Of a DNA stretch of 24,000 nucleotides, positions 1-10,500 are shown piece after piece. Each line of letters starts with the position of its first letter. The stretch's first letter is position 1. The notes beneath the pieces are model-generated. The model was not told the origin of the DNA. It was given only the letters and a program-made list of their open reading frames with translations, and ran no database searches. The stretch covers positions 13,519-37,518 of the forward strand of contig MBRE01000042.1 in assembly GCA_001698425.1 (NCBI GenBank). The letters run 5' to 3'. A program made the position numbers and the translations under genes. The stretch is from Oscillatoriales cyanobacterium USR001. GTDB taxonomy: Bacteria; Cyanobacteriota; Cyanobacteriia; Cyanobacteriales; Microcoleaceae.

Positions 1-804
1 ATTGCAATTACCGAACCAGCTAAAATTGCGATCGCCCGCGCCGCAAATGGTGGAATGAGGGATGCCTTGCAGTTGCTCGACCAGTTAAGCTTATTAGGAG
101 AGGAAATTACTAGCGATCGCGTTTTGGAACTATCGGGGCGGATACCGGAGTCCGATTTAGTTGCAATTTTGCGATCGACCCGCACCGGTGACGCGCTGAA
201 GCTGCTACAACTGTCCCGCGAACTTATTGACAGCGGGAAGAATCCTAAAATGCTGCTGGGGTCGTTGCTCGCCTGCTACCGAGATTTATTGCTGGTGAAG
301 AGTGTGCCAGACTGTTCGCTGATGCTAGTTAGTGGCATTTCGCACTCCGCGCTGCTGGAAATTGCCGATGCTTGGGACTGCAATGCGATCGCGAATGGCC
401 TCGAACAGTTGCGGACTTCTGAATGGCAACTCAGCAAAAGCGCTCACCCTACGCTGTGGTTGGAACTCTGCTTGCTGGGATTGGCAAAGATACCACAATT
501 AAAATCCTACGCTACAGATAGTGCGATCGCTAACCCCTGTCAATCTGAACGCACCTCCAAGTTGCGATCGCCTCGTTCCAAAGAACAAACCATTTGGGAA
601 AAGGTACTCTCAGCCACTTCGGAGAACAACCGCGCTTTGCTATCTGCTGCTTCCCTGGTAGCACTGACGGAAAAGAAAGCGGTGTTGGCCGTACCCGCCC
701 CATATCTTGACAAGTTTAACCGGAATGCGGCTAAGGTGCAGAAAATATTTCTGGCTGCAACGGGTATCCACTATCAAGTATCGTTTGAGGAGAAAAACCC
801 ATGA
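1..804 (+). CDS. dnaX: DNA polymerase III subunit gamma/tau, C-terminal part (5' end lies outside the window)
   Basis: Frame 1 is open from nt 1 (IAITEPAKIAIARAANGGMRDALQLLDQLSLL...), so ORF 55..804 is only the part after an internal Met. It has the GxMRDALxLLDQ motif, then helical domain III and a tau-type C-terminal tail. The stop overlaps the next start (ATGA at 801-804). Confidence 0.8.
   Translation: MAITEPAKIAIARAANGGMRDALQLLDQLSLLGEEITSDRVLELSGRIPESDLVAILRSTRTGDALKLLQLSRELIDSGKNPKMLLGSLLACYRDLLLVKSVPDCSLMLVSGISHSALLEIADAWDCNAIANGLEQLRTSEWQLSKSAHPTLWLELCLLGLAKIPQLKSYATDSAIANPCQSERTSKLRSPRSKEQTIWEKVLSATSENNRALLSAASLVALTEKKAVLAVPAPYLDKFNRNAAKVQKIFLAATGIHYQVSFEEKNP
28..35. repeat. HIP1 (GCGATCGC) octamer; representative copy of 22 found by eye
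   Basis: Exact GCGATCGC starts by eye at 28, 113, 385, 523, 564, 1349, 1728, 2061, 3327, 3409, 4108, 7556, 7704, 7947, 8536, 8733, 10805, 15400, 15466, 15623, 19951 and 20002. HIP1 is the highly iterated palindrome typical of cyanobacterial genomes. Confidence 0.85.
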
Positions 805-1766
805 TTAGTTTGCTGATAGGGGACGATCTCCACGCGATTCAGAAAAAGCTTTCTGCCTTTAAAAAGAGCCTCGATCCTACTTGGATTAGCTTCAATTATC
901 ACCGCTTTGATGCGACCGCATTAGATGAGGCAATTAACTGTGCTTTAACTCCCGCTGTGGGAACAGAAAAAGCGAAATTAGTAGCGATAGAAGGGTGTAA
1001 TTTCAAACAGTTTACTTCAGAGGTGCTGGATGTTTTACCATTACTCCCACAGATACCAGAAAAGACGCACCTGGTTTTTATAGCGTCTTCTATTGACAAA
1101 CGCCTGAAGGTAGCAAAATTCCTGCTTTCTCAAGCTAAATTGTTCGAGTTCGACCTTATTCCCCCTTGGCGAAGGGATCTTATTTCCCATTCTATCCGAA
1201 ATCAAGCTTTGACAATAGGCTTGTCGCTGAACTCAAATGTCATTGATTACTTAGCAGTTGCAATCGGTAACAATTCGGCTCGCGCCGAATCAGAATTGTA
1301 CAAACTGGCGACTTACAGCCGGGGTACCAACCTTACTTTAAAGGAAGTGCGATCGCTGGTTCCTTCAACTACTCAAAATAGTCTCCAGCTTGCCGAAGCG
1401 TTGAGGGAAAATAACTGTAAAATAGCAGTTTACTTACTGCAAGAACTTTTGGCAATAGGAACTTTTCCACTGGCGATTTGTGCAACGCTGATTACTCAAT
1501 TTAGAACTTGGTTGTGGGTGAAAGCGGCGATAGTTGGAGGGGTTAAGCAAGATGCTGAAATTGCCCAAATTTGTCAAATTGCCAACCCAAAGCGAGTGTA
1601 CTTTCTGAGAAAAGAAGTAGCTGGTGCTTCCGTAACATCTCTTGCGGCTGCGATGTCGCTGCTGCTTGACTTAGAGGCTTCGCTGAAGCTTGGGCGCAAA
1701 GGGGATTTTATGTTACCTGTAATTTTGGCGATCGCGCAACTGTTTTCTCCTAAGAAAGTAAAGTGA
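801..1766 (+). CDS. holA: DNA polymerase III subunit delta (clamp-loader delta)
   Basis: 321 aa. The layout is HolA-like: N-terminal LLIGDD..., KRLKVAKFL, ELYKLATY...LTLKEV, then QNSLQLAEAL and a helical C-terminal domain. It has a 4-nt ATGA overlap with dnaX. Confidence 0.7.
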   Translation: MISLLIGDDLHAIQKKLSAFKKSLDPTWISFNYHRFDATALDEAINCALTPAVGTEKAKLVAIEGCNFKQFTSEVLDVLPLLPQIPEKTHLVFIASSIDKRLKVAKFLLSQAKLFEFDLIPPWRRDLISHSIRNQALTIGLSLNSNVIDYLAVAIGNNSARAESELYKLATYSRGTNLTLKEVRSLVPSTTQNSLQLAEALRENNCKIAVYLLQELLAIGTFPLAICATLITQFRTWLWVKAAIVGGVKQDAEIAQICQIANPKRVYFLRKEVAGASVTSLAAAMSLLLDLEASLKLGRKGDFMLPVILAIAQLFSPKKVK

Positions 1767-2141
1767 ATCACACAGCGCCAGCAGCGTACCTCCCGAATCC
1801 TTTCCAGCTTGACTTTCAGCAATGGCGGGAGCGCTTCCTTAGTCATCAATCGAGCAAGTGGATTTAAAAGCTTAGCTTTGGTCTGTTCTGCTGTTATCAT
1901 CGTAAGTGCATCTCCTTTATTTGTAGGTGCATCCGAATCAATGGGATCTTTTATAAGCTGTTGTGCATCTAAATTGCATATTCCAGAATCGTCAAACCTT
2001 TGTAGTGCAAGCATCTTGCTCGCTTGAATATCATGGTTTAAGTGCAGAACAGCTTAATTTGCGATCGCCCTTGAGTTTCTTAGGCAGGAGGGAGATCGCA
2101 ATTTGTATTAGTAGTTTAGTTAAACAGATTTAAAATTGCTT

Positions 2142-2483
2142 ATGATGTCTAGAGGAATCAGACTCACAATTGTTGGGATTATTTTTGGATTACTTTCTAC
2201 TCTTGCAACTGAAGAAATGAGGTGTCTTTTTCGGTTGTCACAGACCTTGAACTGCTATCAATGTCTAGCACACCATAGTGTTGGGCATTGGTTTTTCCCT
2301 GTTTTTAGTATGTTATATATAATAGTTTCTATTGCATACCCTGAAAACTTTGAAGAATTTGAAAAAGTTTTTAAAAAGCTGGGTTTTAATACTTATGAGA
2401 AAAATGGTGATGCTTTTTGCTTATTTGGTGGATTTCTTTTCCTCATTATTAGCATTTTTGCTATGAACTCTTGCCTGAAATAA
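2142..2483 (+). CDS. small hydrophobic hypothetical protein (probable membrane protein)
   Basis: The ORF track starts at TTG 2136; the first ATG is at 2142. There are two clear hydrophobic stretches (IRLTIVGIIFGLLSTLA and FCLFGGFLFLIISIFAM). The gene is AT-rich. No family recognised. Confidence 0.4.
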   Translation: MMSRGIRLTIVGIIFGLLSTLATEEMRCLFRLSQTLNCYQCLAHHSVGHWFFPVFSMLYIIVSIAYPENFEEFEKVFKKLGFNTYEKNGDAFCLFGGFLFLIISIFAMNSCLK

Positions 2484-2720
2484 AAATTCACTCTAGAGGG
2501 CTTGCAAAAGTCTGGCTGCAATTACTTCTTTGCGCCTCTACTTCTCTTTATCTTTTGTACCTCATAACAGCAGGAGCCGCTGTAAATCGCGGATATTTTT
2601 ACCCAAAAACATTATTTTAAAACTATATTCTGGTTTTCCTGGCTGGCTCTTAATTTCTTTCCAGGCTTCTTTTCTAAGTCATACAATCGCCACACATACA
2701 AGCGACTAACGTCGCACTGG

Positions 2721-2746
2721 CGGGTAAGCAATAATTGTCTTACCCG
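2721..2746. promoter_or_regulatory. near-perfect palindrome/hairpin abutting a start codon
   Basis: cgggtaagcaat/aattgtcttacccg: 12-nt arms with one extra t. It ends 3 nt before ATG 2750 and covers the alternative TTG start at 2735. Confidence 0.3.
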
Positions 2747-2749
2747 TCT

Positions 2750-3382
2750 ATGCAAGTAATCACAATTACCGATTTAAACTTCCTAATCAATCCAACCCTG
2801 CTGGCTGTACCCATTGATACCGAACAACAACACTTTCAGTTAGCAATGAAACAAACCTGCATGAAACTTCCCACCGAACCATTACTAGATTCTCATCCAC
2901 AGATTGATAGATGGATAATGGAAATAGGTTTACTATTTCCTGAAGTGTTTCAAGGTCAGCCTCCGCAATTTTTAGTAGATACCCAGTTTATTACCAAACT
3001 TTGTACAAATCAAAAAGCTGTGTACTTACAAATAAACACCAATGCTGCTTTTCTTAGAAATGGATACGTTAATCTAATTGAATGGGCAATTCGACATCCA
3101 GTATTGAATTGGTCTGATAAATTAAAGTTGTGGATAGCAACAGAATATCTTTCATTACCGCCAGAAAACCTCAAGCTGACAATATTAGCACTTCACTCCA
3201 CCTATCCAGGGAAAAGGCACGAAATCATTTGGAACAGCCAGCAACACGAAGAAACAAAAGATTGGCTCATGTCCGTTCTGACAGAACAGGAAGTACCAGT
3301 TGCCAATCAAGCAACATCACAAAGAGCGATCGCCAACCCGACTAATTTCGACATAAAGAAAATCGAGGAGGTAGAAATTTAG
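2750..3382 (+). CDS. hypothetical protein
   Basis: The ORF track gives 2735..3382 from TTG. The in-frame ATG at 2750 (MQVITITDLNF...) lies just after the palindrome. No motif recognised. Confidence 0.5.
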   Translation: MQVITITDLNFLINPTLLAVPIDTEQQHFQLAMKQTCMKLPTEPLLDSHPQIDRWIMEIGLLFPEVFQGQPPQFLVDTQFITKLCTNQKAVYLQINTNAAFLRNGYVNLIEWAIRHPVLNWSDKLKLWIATEYLSLPPENLKLTILALHSTYPGKRHEIIWNSQQHEETKDWLMSVLTEQEVPVANQATSQRAIANPTNFDIKKIEEVEI

Positions 3383-3509
3383 ATCGCGTACAAGTGCCAT
3401 CCTTAAGAGCGATCGCCTGTTGATTTTCGGTCAAACTTTTTTCCTCAAAAGGCTTAAGCCAAACTTACCAAAAAATTAGTCATTCGCAAGGGAAAATTAC
3501 CACATCAGA

Positions 3510-5435
3510 CTAACGCTTGCCAATACTGCCAGTCGCAAAAACCCGCCTATAACGCCCAGTTTTACTAACAACTGAGTCTAGCGGGTCAGAGCCAAATTTC
3601 TTGCCTGAACCTGGTTGCACCGGTGATGGGGATAGAACATTACCCCCGGCATCTGGCAGCGGTAACATCCGTTCTGCTTCCTCAATGCGATCGTACAAAG
3701 CAGCAGTTAGCTGGTCAAGACTGGCCGACTTGATGCGACTCTCCAGCCGTAGCCTAACCTCTGCATCCCAGAGGGCCTCACTCTCACTTTGCCGCTGCAA
3801 ATCAGCTTTAGGAATAGGAATGGTCAGCGCGTAAGGAATTGACCCCTCGCCGCCGGAACTGTAGCCGGGATTCGTAATTACACACCGTCCCTGGGGAAAC
3901 CGCAAAATCTCATCCACTGAAAACAGTGGCATTTTTTGAAGGGACTCGTTCCAACTAATAGATTGATTGCTTTGAGATTGACCGCCCATTGAACGGCTGG
4001 TAGACTTACTTTTGAGCAAAACTTCTTTTTCTCCGTAGCGTTCGGAGTATTTTTTGGCAGTGTCAGTATTACCAGGATTGAATAAAATGTGAGTGCTACA
4101 AGCAGATGCGATCGCTGCCCCCATTTTCTCTCCATACCCTTCATATAGTTGCTCTAAACTCTGAATTCCCAGAATGAAACAAGCTCCATTCGAGCGATAT
4201 TCGTTAATCCACTGCGGCATTCGATCCAATCGAATGGAGGGAAATTCATCAAGTGAAATAACCAGTGGATCTTTCCGAGGGCGGCTTAAGTTAGACACAA
4301 CAAGTAGGTGAATCGCTGCTGCTAGCAAAGGTCCCACGACGGAGCGCCGCTCGTCATCTAATTTGAAAACAATCATCTGTCGGCCTTCTATTTTCGTCGG
4401 GATGTCCGACTTTCCCAAAAATGCTCGCAACAGGTCAGCTTGGATAAAACTACTGAACGTTCCGGCCGCTGTCGTCAGAATTCCAGAAATAGTTTTTTCT
4501 GCTTCTTTAGCACTCAAAAACTGGTTAAAGCTGGTAGCAACCCACTCATCAATTTGACGGGATTGAACCGCATAGTCAATCCGCTTTACCAAATTTGGCA
4601 ACCTCAAAATTGCATAGAGCATTGCCATGTCTGGATATTTAGAACCCTTGACTAATTGAAGAAGTGCTTTAGCCAATAAATCTCCTGCTTTCGAGAAAAA
4701 TTCGTCACTTTTTCCATTGCCTGCACTCGCATTTCTATTAATAACCTGACCGATTTCCCCAGCCATGACCGAATCTTGAGGGGACTTCATAAAGTCGAGG
4801 GGATTAATGATGCCTGAATAGGCTTCTCCCGGTGCAAATACCCACACTTGATAGCCATATCGCGCTGCCATCGGTGCGTGGAGTTTAAGCTGATCGCCTT
4901 TTTTATCGTAGAGAATAATTGGAAATCCTTGCACCATTGCACTTTCTAGCGCCCTATCAATTGTCGAAAAAGTTTTACCCGATCCCGGTGCTCCAATTAC
5001 TAAAGTTGACCGTTCTGCATGAGGGAGCCAAACAGTGGGAGGAGAACCCATAGCTGTCTGAATAGTGGTAACAAAACCTCTAAGTTTTTTTCCTTTCCAC
5101 CAATAGCGAGGACTGCCACACCAGAGCGTAACTTTATTATGTTTTCGTTCTTTAATTTGTTTCAAGGCAAGCTGAGTAGCTGCCATTTTTTCCGAAGTTC
5201 CACACACTTTACCAGTGGTAATTTTGCCCTTGCCATTCCCTAGAAACCGAGACAGTAAGAGGAGGAAAATCAGCGCTCCTATTGTTAGATACCCATCCGG
5301 GTTATTATATTGTTGGAAAAGACCGCCTAAGTCGATTGAGGATAGGGGTGTGGGTTGCTGGGTTCTCCTCTGGGTTTGAGCGAGAACGGGAGTAGAGTTA
5401 GCCTGTGCGATCAAAAATTTAATCTCAAAATTCAT
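3510..5435 (-). CDS. type IV secretion/conjugation coupling protein (TraD/TraG/VirD4-like T4CP ATPase)
   Basis: 641 aa. It has one N-terminal TM (YLTIGALIFLLLLSRFLG), Walker A GAPGSGKT (nt 4971-4994, verified by reverse complement) and a Walker B-like VISLDEFPS. The IILYDKKGD and GIQSLEQL motifs and the overall length fit T4CPs. Confidence 0.8.
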   Translation of the reverse strand: MNFEIKFLIAQANSTPVLAQTQRRTQQPTPLSSIDLGGLFQQYNNPDGYLTIGALIFLLLLSRFLGNGKGKITTGKVCGTSEKMAATQLALKQIKERKHNKVTLWCGSPRYWWKGKKLRGFVTTIQTAMGSPPTVWLPHAERSTLVIGAPGSGKTFSTIDRALESAMVQGFPIILYDKKGDQLKLHAPMAARYGYQVWVFAPGEAYSGIINPLDFMKSPQDSVMAGEIGQVINRNASAGNGKSDEFFSKAGDLLAKALLQLVKGSKYPDMAMLYAILRLPNLVKRIDYAVQSRQIDEWVATSFNQFLSAKEAEKTISGILTTAAGTFSSFIQADLLRAFLGKSDIPTKIEGRQMIVFKLDDERRSVVGPLLAAAIHLLVVSNLSRPRKDPLVISLDEFPSIRLDRMPQWINEYRSNGACFILGIQSLEQLYEGYGEKMGAAIASACSTHILFNPGNTDTAKKYSERYGEKEVLLKSKSTSRSMGGQSQSNQSISWNESLQKMPLFSVDEILRFPQGRCVITNPGYSSGGEGSIPYALTIPIPKADLQRQSESEALWDAEVRLRLESRIKSASLDQLTAALYDRIEEAERMLPLPDAGGNVLSPSPVQPGSGKKFGSDPLDSVVSKTGRYRRVFATGSIGKR

Positions 5436-5679
5436 CTGACTTGTAGTTACAAATTATTGTTAGCAAACAAGTTAGCTTAAATCAAAACTAATCAGTATTA
5501 GCTCAGTCTTAGGAACGAATAATTACAGCCAACAGTTCTAACTTTTGGTATAAAGCACTGCGTAAGTCCTGATTTAGCGCAGCTTCTCTTTCCCTAGTTC
5601 CTAGCCCCTCATCCTAACAGCCTTAGCAATTGCTATATGATCTCTGCTAACGCAGCCAATTGGATAAAAAGCAAAATTC

Positions 5680-6447
5680 TTGAGAGATATTTTTACCGTG
5701 AATAAGAAACAAAAAGAGTGGCTGTCAGAGCTTCTGAAGAGACACCCGGATTATCAGTTTTTAAAACGCAACACGATTCAACTAGGAAGAGGTGACATTT
5801 TGCTGACCTTAGAACGTACAGAATGGATCTATATGGGAGCAGTTGAAGTAAAATATTCAGGAGCATATATCCCTGGATTAAAGTGGCATTATCTTAAAGC
5901 AAAACTGTCACGCAATGGGAAATTACTTTCTGACTTAACCTACCACTGTAAAGTCATGTCTTATCCTCACTGTCCGCTTGCGCCTGACTCGTTGACAAAA
6001 TCTAACTTAGAAAGGACAAAAATTCAGGAAGGAGAACAGATGAATCTCCCCTTTCACGAAGCTGTACTTGTGGTAAACCAGCCTCCATTACTAAAAGGAA
6101 GTTTTTATCGAGCCAAGCGGTGGTATAAGCGTAAATCAGAACAATCGCCTGTAACAAACTATCGCCATACTCCCAAAACTTTCCAACGCGAACTGCCATT
6201 TATGAAGCCAAAAGTCTTAGCTCCCGATACTAAATTTGTCCCTCTAGCCTGTACTGATGGCACTCTCATACAGGTTCCTGAATATCTGATAAAGTTGTTA
6301 GAAGAAGCTAATACTAGCCCATCTGAACGAGCAGATGTAGCTTCTTTGTACGCAATAGCTGGTTTGAAAGCAGCTATCAACTTGGTAGAAGGACTGCCAT
6401 TATTGCGAGCGAGAGCGGTAAACCCCAAAAGCCACACCATACTTTAG
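5680..6447 (+). CDS. hypothetical protein
   Basis: 255-aa ORF with a TTG start, divergent from the T4CP gene across a 244-bp spacer. No family recognised. It is followed directly by a strong hairpin. Confidence 0.4.
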   Translation: MRDIFTVNKKQKEWLSELLKRHPDYQFLKRNTIQLGRGDILLTLERTEWIYMGAVEVKYSGAYIPGLKWHYLKAKLSRNGKLLSDLTYHCKVMSYPHCPLAPDSLTKSNLERTKIQEGEQMNLPFHEAVLVVNQPPLLKGSFYRAKRWYKRKSEQSPVTNYRHTPKTFQRELPFMKPKVLAPDTKFVPLACTDGTLIQVPEYLIKLLEEANTSPSERADVASLYAIAGLKAAINLVEGLPLLRARAVNPKSHTIL

Positions 6448-6469
6448 TGAGATCGCGGATGCGATCTCA
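6448..6469 (+). terminator. stem-loop directly after a stop codon (probable intrinsic terminator)
   Basis: tgagatcgc-ggat-gcgatctca: perfect 9-bp stem with a 4-nt loop, starting 1 nt after the TAG at 6445-6447. Only a short T run (gttt) follows. Confidence 0.5.
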
Positions 6470-6510
6470 GTTTGAACTCCTTCTAAATCTGATATGCGAT
6501 CCTCTATCTA

Positions 6511-7461
6511 ATGGAATACAATAAAATTTGGTGTTATAAAAGCGATATATGTATGACTGATGAAATGTCCAAACCAAACTTCGATGAAAACGATGCCCTG
6601 TTATCTGACTTGCTCAAAGAAGTTCAGAAATGGGAGGGATCTTTAGCTGGCGGGACAAAACTAGGGATAAATGCAGACAAAGTTGATAGCTTATTTCAAA
6701 CTAAAGTCAACTTTGGCAATCCTAGAGATCGACTAATTCGGCTGACCGAGAATATCTTTAAAGATAGCGGTACTGAACTAGATAGCATCTATAAACAACA
6801 GATGCAACAACATTTTGACTTCTATTATATGACCCTGACAGTTGCTCTAAGTCCTGAACGTGGCGCTCGATTCTGGCGGTTAACCTGTGAATTAGATTTT
6901 AGTCCCAAAGGTAGCAGCGAACCAATTATTACCAGCTTGTTTCCTGCTCAAAAGTGGCGTTCAGTAATGAACTTTGGAGTGGGTATGGATGTGGGATTAA
7001 ATGGTAACTTAAACTGGGATGTAGGCGTGGATTCCTCCAAGTTAGCAGAACTATTGGACTTGATACCAGAAGATATCAAAGCTAATGTCACCAGCAAAAA
7101 TAATTTCAAGGCAGTTTTAGCGATTCCTGCATATCAATACAACCTCGGTCATTCCGAAATTCTGACCAACGGTGAAGGAAATTCAACTTGTTACTGGCGA
7201 ATTCAGGATCAAGAACTACAGAAAATTGGCACAGCGAAATTCGGAATCGTTTTTAAAGTTCCCAAAGGCACTGAATCAATTACATTGCAGGGTACAGTAT
7301 GGGCTGAACCAGATCTTAATTGGCTAACGGCTGATATTCGAGATGTTTTTGCCAATTTGTCCGAAAATTTGAAACAACTACTGAAGCTGAAAAATGAAGC
7401 AGCGAGGCATTTTTCTCGTGGCGATGCTGAAAAATGGGAGCTAAACCTGCCGAAAGGGTGA
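6511..7461 (+). CDS. uncharacterised beta-rich protein, upstream partner of the CHAT-NACHT gene
   Basis: 316 aa with no TM helix or catalytic motif. The N-terminal ~90 aa look helical. The core is Gly/Asn-rich and looks beta ([21 protein letters not shown]; [25 protein letters not shown]), with a charged helical tail. There is a 51-nt gap to the next gene. Alternative in-frame ATGs lie at codons 15 and 19. Confidence 0.6.
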   Translation: MEYNKIWCYKSDICMTDEMSKPNFDENDALLSDLLKEVQKWEGSLAGGTKLGINADKVDSLFQTKVNFGNPRDRLIRLTENIFKDSGTELDSIYKQQMQQHFDFYYMTLTVALSPERGARFWRLTCELDFSPKGSSEPIITSLFPAQKWRSVMNFGVGMDVGLNGNLNWDVGVDSSKLAELLDLIPEDIKANVTSKNNFKAVLAIPAYQYNLGHSEILTNGEGNSTCYWRIQDQELQKIGTAKFGIVFKVPKGTESITLQGTVWAEPDLNWLTADIRDVFANLSENLKQLLKLKNEAARHFSRGDAEKWELNLPKG

Positions 7462-7512
7462 TACTAAGAAATTTTAGTGTTAAAGTAGGCTCAAAGGCAG
7501 AGGCGGAAATTT

Positions 7513-10500
7513 ATGGCGAAAACATACTACACCTATCGCCTTCGCGTTGCCAACCGCGATCGCGTCCAGGTAGAAAAGTGGGATACTCAACATCAAGACA
7601 AGGGACAACCTAGCGGCGCGTTTCGATATCAGGAGAAGCAAGCAGAAATTACACCACTCCTGCAAATTGTTAGGAATAACGAGTTGAATGATTCTACTTC
7701 AGCGCGATCGCTCGGAGAAGCATTATTTGATGTCCTCTTTGATGATGTGCTGCGCCAAGATTTCGTCAACTTTTACTATCAAGTAGTCCAACAGGAAAAA
7801 CAACTATTGCGAGTTGAACTGGATATCGACGAACAGGGAATGCCTGAGATAGCTGCCCTGCCTTGGGAATTTATGTGCGTGCCTGCAAGAGCTAATCTAG
7901 GTACAATTTGGATGGGAACAGTACCGGATCTGGTTTTCTCTCGCAGGCGATCGCAGTGGATTGCTGCACAACCAATTCAACTAGAATCTGATGAAAAGCT
8001 GAGAATTGCTTTAATTATCTCTGCTCCTTCTAATTTACCGCCCGTTGCCTACGAACCAGTCCAAGCAGCATTAGAAAAACTAGCAGTTGAGCAAGCAAAA
8101 CGGGTGGAATTATTGCCAATTATTAGTTCAGCTAACCCTGAAACTATTGATAATATTCTGTCAAAAGACCCTCATATTTTTCACTTCATTGGTCATGGAC
8201 GGATGAAGAATGAGGGTAAACAAGAAGTCGGTGAGATAGCTTTAGTCGATCCTGACTTTAATGAGGCAATGTGGGTGGATGCAGATTACTTCAGCGAATT
8301 GTTTAATCAACACCGCCCAGGCGTAGTCATGTTACAAGCTTGTGAAGGCGGAATGTTGTCTTCATCCCAGGCATTTGTGGGAGTTGCATCTAAGGTTGTG
8401 CAACAGAATGTACCTGTAGTTGTAGCCATGCAATATGAAGTAAATAACAGTACTGCTAGCAGGTTTGCACTGCGCTTCTATCAACAGTTAGCAGCAGAAG
8501 ATCCGGTTGATATTGCGGCTCAATATGGAAGACGTGCGATCGCTCTTGGTTCAATGCAATACCGTAAACGCGATTTCGCCACACCCGTAATTTTCATGCG
8601 CGTACAGGATGGACATTTATTCAAACGTCAGGGTACTCAATCAGATGCTGGAGCAAGTGAAGTTGCTGGTAAGGAGAAAGAGATTAGTCAAAATGTACAG
8701 CTAGCGTCAGTTGAAGACTTGGTGCAACAGGTGCGATCGCGCCTCCACAAAGACATCCAACGCTTGCATGGTACGATGCCGCTTTGGGGCGTGGATCGTT
8801 GGGTGCCGTTGGGTGAGTTGTTTGTGGATGTCAATATTCTGGAGGAACTGAGCAGTAGTCGTAGGTCGGAACTTGATGACCTGTGGCAGGACTTCACGAC
8901 GGGGATGCAGGGGTATTCGAGCTATCGCAGTTTGGAGCGCATTGGCTTGGGCAGAGATCGGCAACGGGTGTCGGGGCTGGAGGTGCTGGCGAAGAATACG
9001 AACCTGATGGTAGTGGGTAAACCGGGGTCGGGGAAGACCACTTATTTGCAGCGAGTGGTGACGGAGTGCAACGCGGGGAATTTACAAACGCACCGGATTC
9101 CAGTGTTAATTAAACTGCGAGAGTTTGTGGAGGATGGGCGTGAGGTTGCCTATTCGCTAGAGCGTTATCTAGAGCAGTGCTGGCGGTTATCGAATGCAGA
9201 AAGTCAGTTGGTGCTGGATCGAGGTCGGGTGTTGGTGCTGCTGGATGGATTGGATGAAGTGACGGGGGAGGATGGGAAGAACATCACCCAAGAAATCAAG
9301 CGGTTTGCTCGTGCCTATCCGCAGGTGCAGGTAATTGTGACCTGTCGGACGCAGAGCCAGGATTCGCGGTTTGAGCGGTTTGATTATCTGGAGGTGGCGG
9401 ATTTTAATGAGCCGCAGGTAAGGGCGTTTGCCCAGCATTGGTTTAAGACGGTGATGAAGGATAAGTCGGCAGGACTGGCGAAGGCGCACGAGTTTCTGGG
9501 GCTGCTCTTTTTAGAGGAGAATAAGCCGATTCGGGAGTTGGCGATTACGCCGATTTTGCTGAGTTTGACTTGTGCGGTGTTTCACCAGACAGGGAAGTTT
9601 TACTCGAAGCGTTCCAAGCTGTATGAAGAGGGGTTGGAGTTGCTGCTGAAGCAGTGGGACAAGTCGCGCGAGATTGAGCGGGATGAGATTTATCGGGATT
9701 TGTCGGTGGAGCGGAAGCTGGAGCTATTGAGCTATCTGGCAGTTAAAAAATTTGAGCACCCGAAGTATGTGTTGTTTGAGCAGGGAGAATTGGAGGGTTA
9801 TATTGCGGAGTTTTTGAAGATTGGGCAGCAAGATAGTCCGGCGGTGTTGAGGGCGATCGAATCTCAGCATGGGTTGTTGATTGAGCGAAGTCAGAAGGTT
9901 TGGTCTTTTTCGCATCTAACGTTTCAAGAATATTTTGTAGCTAAATATCTTGTTGATAACAGAACTACACAGGAAGAAGTCTTCCAACACTTGGAAGTTC
10001 ACATTACAAAACCTTATTGGCGAGAAGTTTTTTTGTTGACAGTAGAGTTATTGGACAATGCTGACAATTTTTTGCAGGTGATGAAATGTAAGAGCGATTC
10101 TCTTCTAGCAAAAGACTCACAACTCCAGCAGTTTCTTAACTGGGTAGATAAAAAATCTCAGTCTGTGCCCAAAATTTATAGCACTGTGGCAATACGTGCT
10201 TTCTACTATGCTCTAGCTCATGATTCACCAGGTTACTTCTTTGAAGTCAATATAGAAAAAAATTCCACAAACTCTATCTTTGATATTGATTTAGCACTTG
10301 TAACATCTCTTTTCTTTGCGGAAGCGCTTACCTCTAACCACAATATAATCAATGCTTTCCAGGGGAAGTTTGACAATACCAGAGTCCTTGCCCTTGAGCT
10401 TGGATTTACTCCTGGATTTGAAGTTGCATTAACAAATAGAGATGACCATGAAAATTTGTTAGCTAAGGGTATTAGTGATTCTCTAAATCGCGCTTGCATC

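Noticed and set aside
1574-2027. ORFs 1574..2014 (-) and 1809..2027 (+) in the holA downstream region
   Set aside because: They overlap each other. The minus-strand ORF would overlap the holA 3' end by 193 nt in antisense. The plus-strand ORF is Ser/Cys-rich and implausible. I recognised no motif. A short real gene on the minus strand (about 1770-2014) cannot be excluded.
2735-3345. ORF 3130..3345 (+) nested in 2735..3382, and TTG 2735 as the true start
   Set aside because: The nested ORF is in another frame of a longer ORF and is Arg/Ser-rich. The TTG start lies inside the palindrome stem, so ATG 2750 is the more likely start.
3601-5243. Short ORFs on both strands within the T4CP gene (3601..3834, 3878..4144, 4363..4557, 4440..4655, 5019..5243)
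   Set aside because: They are embedded in a well-supported 641-aa gene and have low-complexity or implausible composition.
5436-5679. Repeated TTAGC/GCTAA pentamers in the divergent spacer between the T4CP gene and 5680..6447, as possible operator sites
   Set aside because: The motif is short, irregularly spaced and easily expected by chance in 244 bp of AT-rich DNA.
6511-7461. Calling the 316-aa protein a bacterial gasdermin because it sits upstream of a caspase-like protease
   Set aside because: I cannot see the N-terminal sequence pattern or the near-N-terminal cysteine I associate with bacterial gasdermins, and the protein is somewhat longer. Context alone is not enough, so I kept it as a hypothesis to test structurally rather than as an annotation.
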